Source: Acidobacteriota bacterium
Lineage (GTDB): Bacteria > Acidobacteriota > Vicinamibacteria > Vicinamibacterales > SCN-69-37
Direction: 5' to 3'
DNA length: 64,000 nucleotides
Assembly (NCBI GenBank): GCA_009694745.1
Contig: SHUF01000009.1
Location: 330 to 64,329, forward strand
The position numbers were made by a program, and so were the translations under genes. Positions within the stretch are counted from its first letter, which is position 1. The number at the start of each line of letters is the position of its first letter. Shown piece by piece: positions 10,298-19,979 of this stretch. Under the pieces are notes generated by a model that made no database searches, was not told the origin of the DNA, and worked only from the letters and a program-made list of their open reading frames with translations.

Positions 10298-11712
10298 CCT
10301 CCTCCCTTGATGCGGTAGTGATCGGGTCGGGCCCCAACGGTTTGGCGGCCGCCATCACGATGGCGCGCGCAGGGCGATCCGTGCGTGTGTACGAAGCGGC
10401 CTCCACTGTTGGTGGCGGCATGCGCTCGGACGCGCTGACCGAGCCTGGGTTCACGCACGACGTGTGCGCCACCGTGTTTGCCATGACGCTGGCGTCGCCG
10501 TTCTTCAAGACACTGCCGTTGGCCGACCACGGTCTGGAGTTCGCGCACCCCGGGGCACCGTTCGCCCATCCTCTGGACGACGGGACCGCGGTGCTGGTAG
10601 AGCGGTCGATCGCACGCACCACGGAATCGTTAGACGCTGCCGACCGGCGCGCGTACGCCGATTTGATGACGCCGATCGTGGACCGCGTGGAGCCTCTGAT
10701 GGAAGCGTTGCTCGCGCCGCTGAATCTCAAGCATCCATGGCTGATGGCGTCGTTCGGGCTGAAGGCCATCCAATCCGCCGAGGGGCTCTCGCGCCGCAGG
10801 TTTTCCGGCGCTCGGGCGCGCGCGATGTTCGCCGGAGCCGCCGCGCACAGCCTTGTGCCGCTCGACTTCGCGGCCACTGCCGGCTATGGGCTGGGTCTCA
10901 TTATGGCGGCGCATGCGGTAGGTTGGCCTGTGGTGAAGGGCGGGTCGCAGAATGCCGCCAATGCCATGGCGTCGTATCTTCGCTCGCTTGGCGGGGAGAT
11001 CGTGACCGGCGATCGCATCGAGTCGCTGGCGCAGCTCCCCCGGTCTCGCGTTGTCCTCTGTGATGTGACTCCGCGGCAGCTGTTGTCGATCGCCGGTGAT
11101 CGGGTCCCCGCCGGCTATCGTAGGAAGCTCGAGCGGTTCCGTCACGGCCCGGGCGTGTTCAAGATGGACTGGGCGCTCCACGCGCCCGTGCCCTGGCGCG
11201 CGACGGACTGCGCTCGGGCGGGCACGCTTCATCTGGGGGGGGCGTTCGAGGAGATTGCGTCAAGTGAGCGGTCGTCATGGAGCGGCGACGTGCCCGAGCG
11301 CCCGTACGTCCTTGTGGTGCAGCCGACATTGTTTGACAGCAGCCGGGCGCCGTCGGGCAGGCACACGTTGTGGGCGTATTGTCACGTGCCCCACGGGTGC
11401 CAGGTCAATATGACCGAGGCCATTGAAAACCAGATCGAGCGCTACGCTCCGGGATTCCGCGACTGCATTTTGGCGCGGCACTCGGAGGGCCCGCAGGCGC
11501 TCGAGCAGCGGAACGCGAACCTGGTGGGCGGCGACATCGCCGGCGGCGCCGCAGATCTCGCGCAGGTCTTCGCCCGGCCAGTGGCGAGCCTTAACCCCTA
11601 TCGCACGCCGATCGATGGCGTGTACCTGTGTTCGTCATCCACGCCTCCCGGCGTTGGTGTCCACGGCATGTGTGGCCACTGGGCCGCGATGGCCGCGCTA
11701 GGGACACCATAA
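10294..11712 (+). CDS. Phytoene dehydrogenase-like FAD-dependent oxidoreductase
   Basis: VIGSGPNGL Rossmann motif; C-terminal YLCSSSTPPGVGVHGMCG. Confidence 0.9.
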   Translation: MTSSLDAVVIGSGPNGLAAAITMARAGRSVRVYEAASTVGGGMRSDALTEPGFTHDVCATVFAMTLASPFFKTLPLADHGLEFAHPGAPFAHPLDDGTAVLVERSIARTTESLDAADRRAYADLMTPIVDRVEPLMEALLAPLNLKHPWLMASFGLKAIQSAEGLSRRRFSGARARAMFAGAAAHSLVPLDFAATAGYGLGLIMAAHAVGWPVVKGGSQNAANAMASYLRSLGGEIVTGDRIESLAQLPRSRVVLCDVTPRQLLSIAGDRVPAGYRRKLERFRHGPGVFKMDWALHAPVPWRATDCARAGTLHLGGAFEEIASSERSSWSGDVPERPYVLVVQPTLFDSSRAPSGRHTLWAYCHVPHGCQVNMTEAIENQIERYAPGFRDCILARHSEGPQALEQRNANLVGGDIAGGAADLAQVFARPVASLNPYRTPIDGVYLCSSSTPPGVGVHGMCGHWAAMAALGTP

Positions 11713-11772
11713 AACGACCTCTGAGGTAGTTTCCGCTTCGCAGCTAAGGAAACTACCTCAGAGGTCGTTTTA
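11710..11772. repeat. Inverted doublet of palindromic repeat family A
   Basis: taaaacgacctctgaggtagtttcc (11710-11734) and its exact reverse complement (11748-11772), between convergent genes. Confidence 0.9.
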
Positions 11773-11787
11773 CCTCACTCCGAGCAC

Positions 11788-13089
11788 TCAACGGAACGAG
11801 CTGCCGAGGACGTGGGCTGCTTTGAACAGCGCCTTTTCGTACACGTCGCTCTTGACGTAGTAGTCGTGACGCGGACTGGCGACGTACTGGACGCCTCCGC
11901 GCAGGTCCGGCCGATCCGTTCGGCGCAGCGTATCGAACCCGTCACGCACACTCGCCGGCGTCTGGGGGTCGAGGTACGACGCGACCAGCCCGGCCTGCGC
12001 GCCGTCAAGTGAGTACGCCGCGCCATCGGCCTCGAAGAGACCCACAAAGAAGAGATCAGCGTGCCGCCGGTGGAACACATTCAGGTAAAGATCCAGCGCG
12101 TCGCCGTTGCAGTCCAGATCCTCATCGCGCAGGAAGGGGAAGGGCTTGTCGTAGCCCGTGGCCCACACGATGAGGTCGATCTCCTCTGACGACCCGTCGA
12201 CAAAACGGACGGTCTTTCCATCGAGCGACGCCACGTCTTTCCGCACCGCAATGTCCCCGTGGCCCAGGTGGTGAAGAATCTGGGTGTTGAGGATGGGATG
12301 GGAGCGGAGGATCGCGTGGTCCGGTTTCGGCAGGCCGTACCTGGTCAGGTTGCCCACCAGAATGCGGTTGATGAGGAACCCGAACACACGTTCCTCAAGC
12401 CAGCGCGGCAAATGGGGGCCGGAGTGCGCAAAGACGTCTGACGGCTGGCCGAAGATGAACTTCGGGATGAAGTGATATCCGCGCCGCAGGCTGATGAACG
12501 CGGCGCTCGCGTGTCTGGCGGCATCACACGCGATGTCGGCCGCGGAGTTGCCACCGCCAACAATAAGGCCGCGCTTGCCCTCGAACTCGCGCGGCGACCG
12601 GTAGAAGAACGAGTGATACACCTCACCATCAAAGTGGCCTGGCACAACAGGCACCCTCGGAAACCAGGTGGTGCCCGTGGCCACACAGAGCGCGCGCGCC
12701 TGGCGCTGCTCACCTGAGCTCAGGGCAAGCTGCCAGCCTCCCTGATCGCGACGTGACGCAGACTCGACGCGCACACCGAACGTGATGTGGCGCTCGAGGT
12801 CGTGGTGTCTGGCAAACGCACGCAGGTAGTCAAGGATGCGGTCGTGCTTCGGATAGTCGGGATACGACTCGGGCATCGGGAATCCCGGGAGCCCAGACAG
12901 GCGGCGCGATGAGATGAAATGCGCCGACTCGTACATCGGCGTCTCGTCGCGGTCGATGTCCCAGATGCCCCCGGGTTGCCGTCCGGCATCAACGATCTCA
13001 AACGGGATGCCGCGCGCCTTCAGTGCGGCGGCCATCACCAGCCCCCCGGGGCCCGCGCCAATTACACAAACAGGCTCGTGGGCGATCAC
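11788..13089 (-). CDS. Flavin-containing monooxygenase (FMO family)
   Basis: GAGPGG FAD motif, FMO-like fingerprint FDGEVYHSFFY, second GGGNSA, ATGY. Confidence 0.9.
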   Translation of the reverse strand: MIAHEPVCVIGAGPGGLVMAAALKARGIPFEIVDAGRQPGGIWDIDRDETPMYESAHFISSRRLSGLPGFPMPESYPDYPKHDRILDYLRAFARHHDLERHITFGVRVESASRRDQGGWQLALSSGEQRQARALCVATGTTWFPRVPVVPGHFDGEVYHSFFYRSPREFEGKRGLIVGGGNSAADIACDAARHASAAFISLRRGYHFIPKFIFGQPSDVFAHSGPHLPRWLEERVFGFLINRILVGNLTRYGLPKPDHAILRSHPILNTQILHHLGHGDIAVRKDVASLDGKTVRFVDGSSEEIDLIVWATGYDKPFPFLRDEDLDCNGDALDLYLNVFHRRHADLFFVGLFEADGAAYSLDGAQAGLVASYLDPQTPASVRDGFDTLRRTDRPDLRGGVQYVASPRHDYYVKSDVYEKALFKAAHVLGSSFR

Positions 13090-13105
13090 TGTGTCATCGC
13101 GTGGA

Positions 13106-13467
13106 CTACTTCACCAGCATGTCTGGACCAATGGTCAGGGGCGGCTGCGGGTTTGTGCCGTCCGGCGCGACGTAGGTCGCATTGATCAGGAATGTCTGTT
13201 CGGTGACGTCGGCGGTGAACTCGAACGCGCCACGCCTGGTCGGAATGGGGACACCCCTGGCGCGCAGCTCCTCCAACGAGATGTACTTGCCTTCCAGCGC
13301 GAACTGCTGCTTCATCGCGCCGCCGCTGCTGAGCAGGTCGGTCTTGACGGCCACGGTGTCGATGATCGCCGTCGGTGACCCGCCGCCGGCGGCCTTCCCC
13401 ATGTTGTCCATCTGCGACGAGTACACCCAGAGTCCCAGCGCCAACGCGACACCAACCCTAATCGCAT
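13106..13467 (-). pseudogene. Small single-TM pilin/pseudopilin-like protein, frameshifted near the start
   Basis: GGAGG then ATG 13467 (MRLGLV) is out of frame with the body (ALALGLWVYS...VKTDLL...GKYISLEEL). Confidence 0.55.
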
Positions 13468-13535
13468 GCAGCCTCCTGCCGGCGGATTGTAGCCGATGCG
13501 GAGCGCCCTGCCGGAAGTTTGTCGTCGGCGCTGGA

Positions 13536-14510
13536 TCAGCCGGCGGGTTCCGCACCGCTCATCAGCGCGGCGAAGCGTTCGACGCTGACGTTGCCGCCCG
13601 AGAGGGTGACGCCGACGCGTTTGCCGGCGAACCGATCGCGGTGATGGAAGAGCGAGGCCAGCGCGTTGGCGCCTGACGGCTCCACCACGAGTTTCATGCG
13701 TTCGAACAGGAAGCGCATCATCTGCACCACCACCGCGTCCGGCACGGTCAGCACACCCGCCAAGAGCGCCTGCATGATGGGGAACGTGAGCGTGCCGCAC
13801 GACTGGGTCTGCTGGCCGTCGCAGATGGTGCGTGGCACGTCGATGGTGACAATGTGGCCCGCCGCGAGCGACTGTTGGATGTCGTTCCCCAGTTCGGGTT
13901 CGCTGGCAAACACCTCGATGCCCGGCGTGAGGTGTGTGGCGGCCACCGCGCATCCCGACACGAATCCGCCGCCACCGGTGCACGCGATCAGCGCGTCCAG
14001 CGGCTCGGGCGCGTCTTCGATGAGTTCGATCGCTGTCGTGCCCTGGCCCGCCATCACCGGGTAGTAGTCAAACGGCGGGATCAGAGCCGCGCCCCGCGAC
14101 TCAACGACGGTTCTGGCGACCGCCGCACGGTCTTCGGTATAACGGTCGTACGTAATGACCTCCGCGCCGTAGCCGCGCGTGGCGGCCAGCTTCGATGCCG
14201 GCGCATCCGCAGGCATCACGATCGTCGCCGCGCAACCGTGCAGTTGCGCGGCCAGGGCAACAGCCTGGGCGTGATTGCCTGAGGAGAACGCGACGACTCC
14301 GCGCGCGCGCCCCGCCTCGCCAAGCGCACTCACGGCGTTGTAGCCCCCGCGAAACTTGAAGGCGCCCATCCGCTGCAGGTTCTCGGCTTTGAGATACACC
14401 CTGGCGCCGATGAGGGCATCGAGTGTTCGTGACGTGATGACCGGTGTGCGGTGTGCCACGCCTTTGAGGCGCGCCGCGGCAGCTTCGATATCGGAGAACG
14501 TCAGCATCAT
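13536..14510 (-). CDS. PLP-dependent threonine/serine dehydratase (serine racemase-like)
   Basis: LKAENLQRMGAFKFRG, SSGNHAQ, GGGG, EPSGA, LSGGN. Confidence 0.92.
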   Translation of the reverse strand: MMLTFSDIEAAAARLKGVAHRTPVITSRTLDALIGARVYLKAENLQRMGAFKFRGGYNAVSALGEAGRARGVVAFSSGNHAQAVALAAQLHGCAATIVMPADAPASKLAATRGYGAEVITYDRYTEDRAAVARTVVESRGAALIPPFDYYPVMAGQGTTAIELIEDAPEPLDALIACTGGGGFVSGCAVAATHLTPGIEVFASEPELGNDIQQSLAAGHIVTIDVPRTICDGQQTQSCGTLTFPIMQALLAGVLTVPDAVVVQMMRFLFERMKLVVEPSGANALASLFHHRDRFAGKRVGVTLSGGNVSVERFAALMSGAEPAG

Positions 14511-14547
14511 TCGCGATTCTATCTGGCAGGAGTAGAATCGGCGAATG
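14508..14547. promoter_or_regulatory. Near-palindromic bidirectional promoter for two leaderless divergent genes
   Basis: cattcgcgattcta-N11-tagaatcggcgaatg: TAGAAT on each strand, 5-6 nt before each ATG. Confidence 0.65.
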
Positions 14548-15777
14548 CGCACATCTCTCCGGACGATTTCTTCACTCGCCATTGGCGCCTTGGTGATCAG
14601 CCTGCTTCAGACAGGCGTGGCGCAGGGGCAAGCCGGCGGCCGGCAGGGAGGTGGGCGCGGCGGGTCCCCGGTGGGACCAGACGGAGAGTGCCCAGCGGGC
14701 ATGACATTGGTGCGGCCGGGCAATTGCCAGGCCCCGGCCACTCCGGCGCCTTCCATCGTGGACTACCGGCCCAAGTCCACGCTTGTCGCTCCAGCGCATC
14801 CCGTGCAGAAGGCCAAGTACCCGGCGATCGACTTCCACGGCCATCCCGGTGGCCGTATCAGTTCTGCGGCCGGGTTGAAGACGATGTTTGAAGAGTTGGA
14901 CGCCTTGAACGTCGGCCTGATGCTGAGCGCCGAGAACATGTCGGGCGAACGGCTGAAGACCACGCTGGCCACGGTCAAAGCGTCGCCGTATGCCAAGCGG
15001 GTGGCGATCTTCACCGGTGTGAGCCTGAACGGCGTGGGCCCCGGATGGGCCACCAAAGCCATCGCGCAACTCGAGGCGGACGTCGCCGCAGGAGCGGTGG
15101 GTGTGGGCGAGATCGGCAAGGGCTTTGGCCTCAGTGCCCGCAAAGCCGACGGGTCGCGGCTGCAGATGGACAACCCGGAGCTTGCGCCATTCTGGGATGC
15201 CTGTGCGCGCCTGAACCTCCCCGTGTTTATCCACACGGCCGACCCGCCGGAGTTCTTCAAGCCGATCGACATGTACAACGAGCGCTGGCTCGAACTGTCG
15301 TTGTTTCCCGGCCGCGCGTATCCTTCGGACCGCTTCCCGGCGTTCGAGACCTTGATGGCCGAACGCGATCGGCTGTTCAAGCGCCATCCGAAGACGAAGT
15401 TCGTGGCGGCGCATCTTGGCTGGCACGGCAACGACCTGAGGCGGCTCGGGAAGATGTTCGACGCGATGCCCAACCTGTATGCCGAACTGGGCGCGGTGCT
15501 GTACGACTTCGGCCGCCAGCCGCGGGTGGCGCACGACTTCCTGCTCAAGTACGGCAACCGCATCCTCTTCGGCAAAGACGCGTACGAGCCGTCGGAGTAT
15601 CCCTACTACTGGCGCGTGCTCGAGACGAAGGACGACTACTTCGACTACTACCGCGAGTATCACGCCTTCTGGAAGTTGTACGGTCTCGACCTGCCCGATG
15701 AAGTGCTCAAGGACATCTACTACCGCAACGCGCTGCGCATCACGCCTGGAATACCGCAAGCCGGGTGGCCCAAATAG
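14545..15777 (+). CDS. Secreted amidohydrolase (Amidohydro_2 family)
   Basis: Signal peptide, IDFHGH metal motif, FIHTADP, AAHLG, ILFGKD. Confidence 0.85.
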   Translation: MRTSLRTISSLAIGALVISLLQTGVAQGQAGGRQGGGRGGSPVGPDGECPAGMTLVRPGNCQAPATPAPSIVDYRPKSTLVAPAHPVQKAKYPAIDFHGHPGGRISSAAGLKTMFEELDALNVGLMLSAENMSGERLKTTLATVKASPYAKRVAIFTGVSLNGVGPGWATKAIAQLEADVAAGAVGVGEIGKGFGLSARKADGSRLQMDNPELAPFWDACARLNLPVFIHTADPPEFFKPIDMYNERWLELSLFPGRAYPSDRFPAFETLMAERDRLFKRHPKTKFVAAHLGWHGNDLRRLGKMFDAMPNLYAELGAVLYDFGRQPRVAHDFLLKYGNRILFGKDAYEPSEYPYYWRVLETKDDYFDYYREYHAFWKLYGLDLPDEVLKDIYYRNALRITPGIPQAGWPK

Positions 15778-15836
15778 GAATGAGCTAATGAGGCAATGGG
15801 AGCCCTTCGACGCTTGTCGCCGGGTAGAATAGCCGG

Positions 15837-16412
15837 ATGGCTGCCCTGATAGAAGCGATTGAGATCAAGCGGAAGACGTATTTCGAGTACGAAAACGCGC
15901 CCTACAACTGCCTCGAGGTGGACGTCTCGAAGCCCACGGCCCGCGGTGGCCAGACGCTGGTGCGCGTCAAAATGCGCAACCTGTTGACTCGCGCGGTGTT
16001 TGACCGCACGTTCAAGGCCGGCGAAAAATTTGCCGAGCCCGACCTGGTCAAGGCGCCCGCGACGTTTCTTTATGCAGACGCCGATGGCTACCACTTCATG
16101 GACCAGGCCAACTTCGAGACCCTGACGCTCACGGGCGACGTGCTGGGCGACGACCGGCTGCTGCTGGTGGACAACCTCGAAGTCCAGGTCCAAAAGTACA
16201 ACGGCAACCCGATCGCGGTGATGTTCCCGGCGCACGTCGAGTTGGCAGTGGCGTCTTGCGAAGGCGCGGTGCGCGGCGACACCAGCAGTGGCAGCGTCAC
16301 CAAGCTCGCCATCCTTGAAACCGGCATGGAACTGCGCGTGCCGCTGTTCATCAAGGAAGGCGAAAAAGTGAAAGTGCACACCGAGACGCGGGAGTTCGCT
16401 GGAAGAGCCTAG
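15837..16412 (+). CDS. yeiP: Elongation factor P-like protein (EfpL/YeiP type)
   Basis: EF-P fold with C-terminal VRGDT...LETG...VPLFI; loop PTARG instead of PGKG. Confidence 0.8.
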   Translation: MAALIEAIEIKRKTYFEYENAPYNCLEVDVSKPTARGGQTLVRVKMRNLLTRAVFDRTFKAGEKFAEPDLVKAPATFLYADADGYHFMDQANFETLTLTGDVLGDDRLLLVDNLEVQVQKYNGNPIAVMFPAHVELAVASCEGAVRGDTSSGSVTKLAILETGMELRVPLFIKEGEKVKVHTETREFAGRA

Positions 16413-17549
16413 ATAGCCGAACCAGGGTATCCCGCCGCACGACATGTGGCCGCGACCGTGCAGGAGCACTTTGCCCGGCATCTGACGGCCGCGCGTGCTC
16501 AGGGCCGCATTGACCTGGGCGAAGAACCGCAGGCCCACTTCATTGAAGCGATCATTGACGCCGGGTTCTGGGCGAGTCTGAGACGCGAGGAGGAAGTCAC
16601 ACCCACCATCTCACTCGCACTTCTTCCACCCGGCCACGCAGGGCAGGCGCTCACGTTCTCGGAGTGGTTGCCTTTGCATCCGGCAGCGCTCGCGAAACTG
16701 GCGCCGGCCGTGGAACGTCCCGGCATTCACCTGGGCGTATGGCCCGTAGACGGCGAGCTCAGAGTCTGGGGCACCACGCGCAGCATCCCGGCGTTTTGTT
16801 TCGTGCTCGAAGTGATCGGCTCAGGGTTGCTGGTCGTCAAACATCGAAACGAGCCCTTCGGTAAGTTCGTGAATATCGTAGTACTCGAGGGCGATCAGAT
16901 CAAGATCGTGGCTGAGAGCACGGCCGCAGGACCCGAGTGCCCCGGCCTTCTCAAATCGCTGCTGGGCCAGAACGAAGTGACGGCCAGCGGCGAGTCGGTC
17001 AACCTGCTGGTGCATCTCGCGGCCTCCATGCGCGCCCATCGCCGCGGCGGCGCTCTGCTGATCGTCCCGGAAAGTGACGACCATTGGCGCGAATCGATTG
17101 TGGAGCCGGCCATCTATGCCGTCGCCCCAAAGTTCACCGAACTCGCGGATCTGATGAATCGCGAACACGAGGAGCGTCGCACCCACGAGTGGCAGGACGA
17201 CCTGCGGCGCGCGGTTGACGCGATTGCCGGCCTCACGGCCGTCGACGGCGCCACGATCATGACGACCGCCAACGAGCTGGTGGCATTCGGCGCGAAGATC
17301 ACCAGGCGTCGCTCGCGCCCGCCGGTGGAACGCGTCCTCGTGTCCGAGCCGATTCGTGATCGCGAGCCCTCCGTGATGGCGCCGTCCCAATTGGGCGGCA
17401 CCCGCCACCTCTCGGCCGCACAGTTCGCGCAGGACCAGCCGCAGTCAGTCGCCCTGGTCGCCTCGCAGGATGGCCGCTTCACGATCTTCCGCTGGTCGCC
17501 CTGCGACGACATCGTCCACGCGCACCGCGTCGAAGCCCTGCTGCTGTAA
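16413..17549 (+). CDS. DACNV-sensor / DisA_N-like (diadenylate cyclase fold) protein
   Basis: N-terminal FWASLRREE; C-terminal VDGA, GTRHLSA and VASQDG motifs; frame is open back to ATA 16413, next in-frame GTG 16446. Confidence 0.7.
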   Translation: MAEPGYPAARHVAATVQEHFARHLTAARAQGRIDLGEEPQAHFIEAIIDAGFWASLRREEEVTPTISLALLPPGHAGQALTFSEWLPLHPAALAKLAPAVERPGIHLGVWPVDGELRVWGTTRSIPAFCFVLEVIGSGLLVVKHRNEPFGKFVNIVVLEGDQIKIVAESTAAGPECPGLLKSLLGQNEVTASGESVNLLVHLAASMRAHRRGGALLIVPESDDHWRESIVEPAIYAVAPKFTELADLMNREHEERRTHEWQDDLRRAVDAIAGLTAVDGATIMTTANELVAFGAKITRRRSRPPVERVLVSEPIRDREPSVMAPSQLGGTRHLSAAQFAQDQPQSVALVASQDGRFTIFRWSPCDDIVHAHRVEALLL

Positions 17550-17557
17550 GACCTCTC

Positions 17558-17677
17558 CACCATGAAGCTCCATGAAGCTCCATGGAGGTTGCACCAAGGA
17601 CAAACTGTCATAAGCGCGCCGGTTGAGGGCCCGGCTCCGCCGGTGCGCCTTCATGGACCTTCATGCCCTTCATGGTG
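17558..17677. repeat. Inverted pair of tandem CATGAAG-core repeats around a GC hairpin
   Basis: caccatgaagctccatgaagctccatggagg (17558-17588) versus ccttcatggaccttcatgcccttcatggtg (17648-17677). Confidence 0.75.
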
Positions 17678-17760
17678 AAAATCCTGTTGGGGTGCCGGGT
17701 TCCACAGCCATTTTTCGCTGACCATCGTATTTACCATCCAGACCCCGCCCGCAAGGCAGA

Positions 17761-18717
17761 ATGGGGGGGATGGAGGGTTGGGTGGCACAACGGTTATGGG
17801 TGGTCGTCGCGTTGGTTGTGGCGGGTGCGTTGGGCCGGGAAGTGGCCACCGCGCCGCCGCAGAGTGACCTCGACGCATTCATGAAACAGGTGGTCGTCAA
17901 ACGCGACGACAACTGGAAGAAGTTCCAGCAGTACATCCTCGACGAGCGCGAGCAGTTCGAACTCCGCGGGCCCGGCAAGGTGCCGCTGTGGGGCGACCGC
18001 CGCGACTACACCTGGTATGTGCGGGACGGGTTCTTTGTCCGCAGCCCGGTCCGGGCCAACGGGGTGGCAATCCCTGACGAAGAGCGCCGCGCCTATGAAG
18101 ACAGGTTCCTGAAACGCGAGCAGGGCCGTGAGAAACGGCGGACCTCCAAGGAGGAGCCGGTGGAAAAGGCCACGCCGATGGATGCCCAGAGCCTCATTCG
18201 CCAGTCGCGCGAGCCCGAGTTCATCTCGTCCGCCTACTTCCTGAAGTTCAAGTTCGAGGAAGGCAAATACGCGTTTGTCGGCAAGGAGACGCTTGACGGA
18301 CGGGAAGTGTTGAAGGTGGAGTACTACCCGGCAAAGCTGTTTTCAAAAGAGCAGAACTCCCGCGAGCATCGCCGCAATAATGGGCAGAAGCTCAAGGACG
18401 ATAACTACGACGCCGCCCTCGAGAAGATGCTCAACAAGGTCTCAATGGTCACGTTGTGGATTGAGCCGTCGGCGCACCAGATCGTCAAGTACGACTTCCA
18501 CAACGTGAACCTCGACTTCCTGCCGGCGGCCTGGCTCGCGCGTTTCACCGACGTGCGCGCCACCATGAACATGCACATGCCGTTCCCCGAGGTGTGGCTG
18601 CCGAAAGACGTGGAGATGTTTTTCTCCGCGATGCTGGCGGTTGGCGAGATGGACGCGCGCTACCGCCTGAACTACCACAACTACAAACTCGCAACCACCA
18701 CGGCGAGGATCAAGTGA
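17761..18717 (+). CDS. Secreted hypothetical protein, probable LolA/MucB-like beta-sheet fold
   Basis: Signal-like N-terminus (true start may be slightly downstream); GKETLDGREVLKVEY, TLWIE, VWLP...YHNYK. Confidence 0.7.
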   Translation: MGGMEGWVAQRLWVVVALVVAGALGREVATAPPQSDLDAFMKQVVVKRDDNWKKFQQYILDEREQFELRGPGKVPLWGDRRDYTWYVRDGFFVRSPVRANGVAIPDEERRAYEDRFLKREQGREKRRTSKEEPVEKATPMDAQSLIRQSREPEFISSAYFLKFKFEEGKYAFVGKETLDGREVLKVEYYPAKLFSKEQNSREHRRNNGQKLKDDNYDAALEKMLNKVSMVTLWIEPSAHQIVKYDFHNVNLDFLPAAWLARFTDVRATMNMHMPFPEVWLPKDVEMFFSAMLAVGEMDARYRLNYHNYKLATTTARIK

Positions 18718-19979
18718 CAGCATTGGCGCTTGCGGCGTCGCTGACGTTTGCGCTGTTCGCGCAGGCCGCGCCCGCTCAGCCAGGCGAGGTAGTCGCCGAG
18801 ATTCGGGTACACGGCAATCACCTGACGCCCGACACCGAGATCATCGCCCTGGCCGGCATCGCGATCGGCGCGCCCGTGACGGCCGATACCGTTATGCAGG
18901 TGCGCAAGAAGCTCAGGGCGTCCGGCAAGTTCGAAGACGTCGACGTGCTGAAACGATTCGCCTCGATCGCAGACCCCAGCAAAATCGCCCTCATCATCGT
19001 CGTGAACGAAGGCGCGGTGCGCGTGGACTTCGAGGAGGGCCCCGATGGCGAGGACATCGCGGTCATCAAACGCCGCAGCGTCTTCAGCAAACTGATGTAC
19101 CTGCCGATCCTCAACGCCGAGGACGGGTACGGTCTGACGTACGGCGTCACGTCGTCGATTGCCAATGTGCTGGGTGACCGCAGCCGCCTTTCCGTTCCGC
19201 TCTCATGGGGCGGAACGAGGCGCGCGGGTGTGGAGATCGAAAAAAACTTCGTCTCGGGGCCCATCACGCGGGTTGAGATTGGCGCGGCCATCCAACGCCG
19301 CACCAATCCGGCGTTTGATGAAGAGGACGACCGGGGGCGGGTGTGGGTGCGAGGTGAACGCGCGTTCGACAGCATCCGGGTGGGAAGCACGCTCGGGTGG
19401 CAAACCGTCACGTTCGGGCCCATCTCCAGCGAGATGACGACGGTGGGCGCCGATGTGACGCTCGACACGAGGCTCGATCCGGCGTATCCGCGCAACGCCG
19501 TGTTCGCCACAGCGGCGTGGGAACGAATGTCGTTCACCAGTGGTGCGTCCCTGCAACGAACGAATCTTGACGGCAGGGGATACCTCGGGCTTCTCGGACA
19601 AAGTGTTCTGGCCGTGCGCGTGCTGCGGCAGGGCGCCAATGGGCCGCAGCCTGCCTACCTCAAGCCGTTGCTTGGCGGCTGGTCCAGCCTCCGAGGATTT
19701 GAAACCGGCGCCTTCGTCGGCGACATCGTCCTCGCCGGGTCTGCGGAACTGCTTGTCCCCATCTCGTCGCCGATCTCGGTGGCGCGGCTCGGCCTCAGCG
19801 TGTTTGTGGACACCGGCGTGGCCTACGACTTCGGCCAGCGGCTGAGGGAACAAGTGAATCAGATCGGCATCGGCGGCAGCGTGTGGATGACGGCCACGGT
19901 ATTTCGCGTGAGCCTGTCGGTGGCGCATGGCCGGGGCGCGGGCACCCGGGTGAATTTTGGCGGCGGCCTGACGTTCTGA
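18714..19979 (+). CDS. Compact Omp85 (BamA/TamA superfamily) protein with a single POTRA domain
   Basis: GTG 18714; signal peptide; POTRA (EIRVHGNHLT...LRASGKFEDV); LGGWSSLRGF loop-6 motif; FVDTG; terminal GLTF. Confidence 0.8.
   Translation: MTALALAASLTFALFAQAAPAQPGEVVAEIRVHGNHLTPDTEIIALAGIAIGAPVTADTVMQVRKKLRASGKFEDVDVLKRFASIADPSKIALIIVVNEGAVRVDFEEGPDGEDIAVIKRRSVFSKLMYLPILNAEDGYGLTYGVTSSIANVLGDRSRLSVPLSWGGTRRAGVEIEKNFVSGPITRVEIGAAIQRRTNPAFDEEDDRGRVWVRGERAFDSIRVGSTLGWQTVTFGPISSEMTTVGADVTLDTRLDPAYPRNAVFATAAWERMSFTSGASLQRTNLDGRGYLGLLGQSVLAVRVLRQGANGPQPAYLKPLLGGWSSLRGFETGAFVGDIVLAGSAELLVPISSPISVARLGLSVFVDTGVAYDFGQRLREQVNQIGIGGSVWMTATVFRVSLSVAHGRGAGTRVNFGGGLTF

Noticed and set aside
17558-17677. 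CRISPR-like array (also considered for 11710-11772, 36561-36631, 62884-62963)
   Set aside because: The repeats are inverted doublets or short tandem units, without regularly spaced unique spacers, and no cas genes are present.
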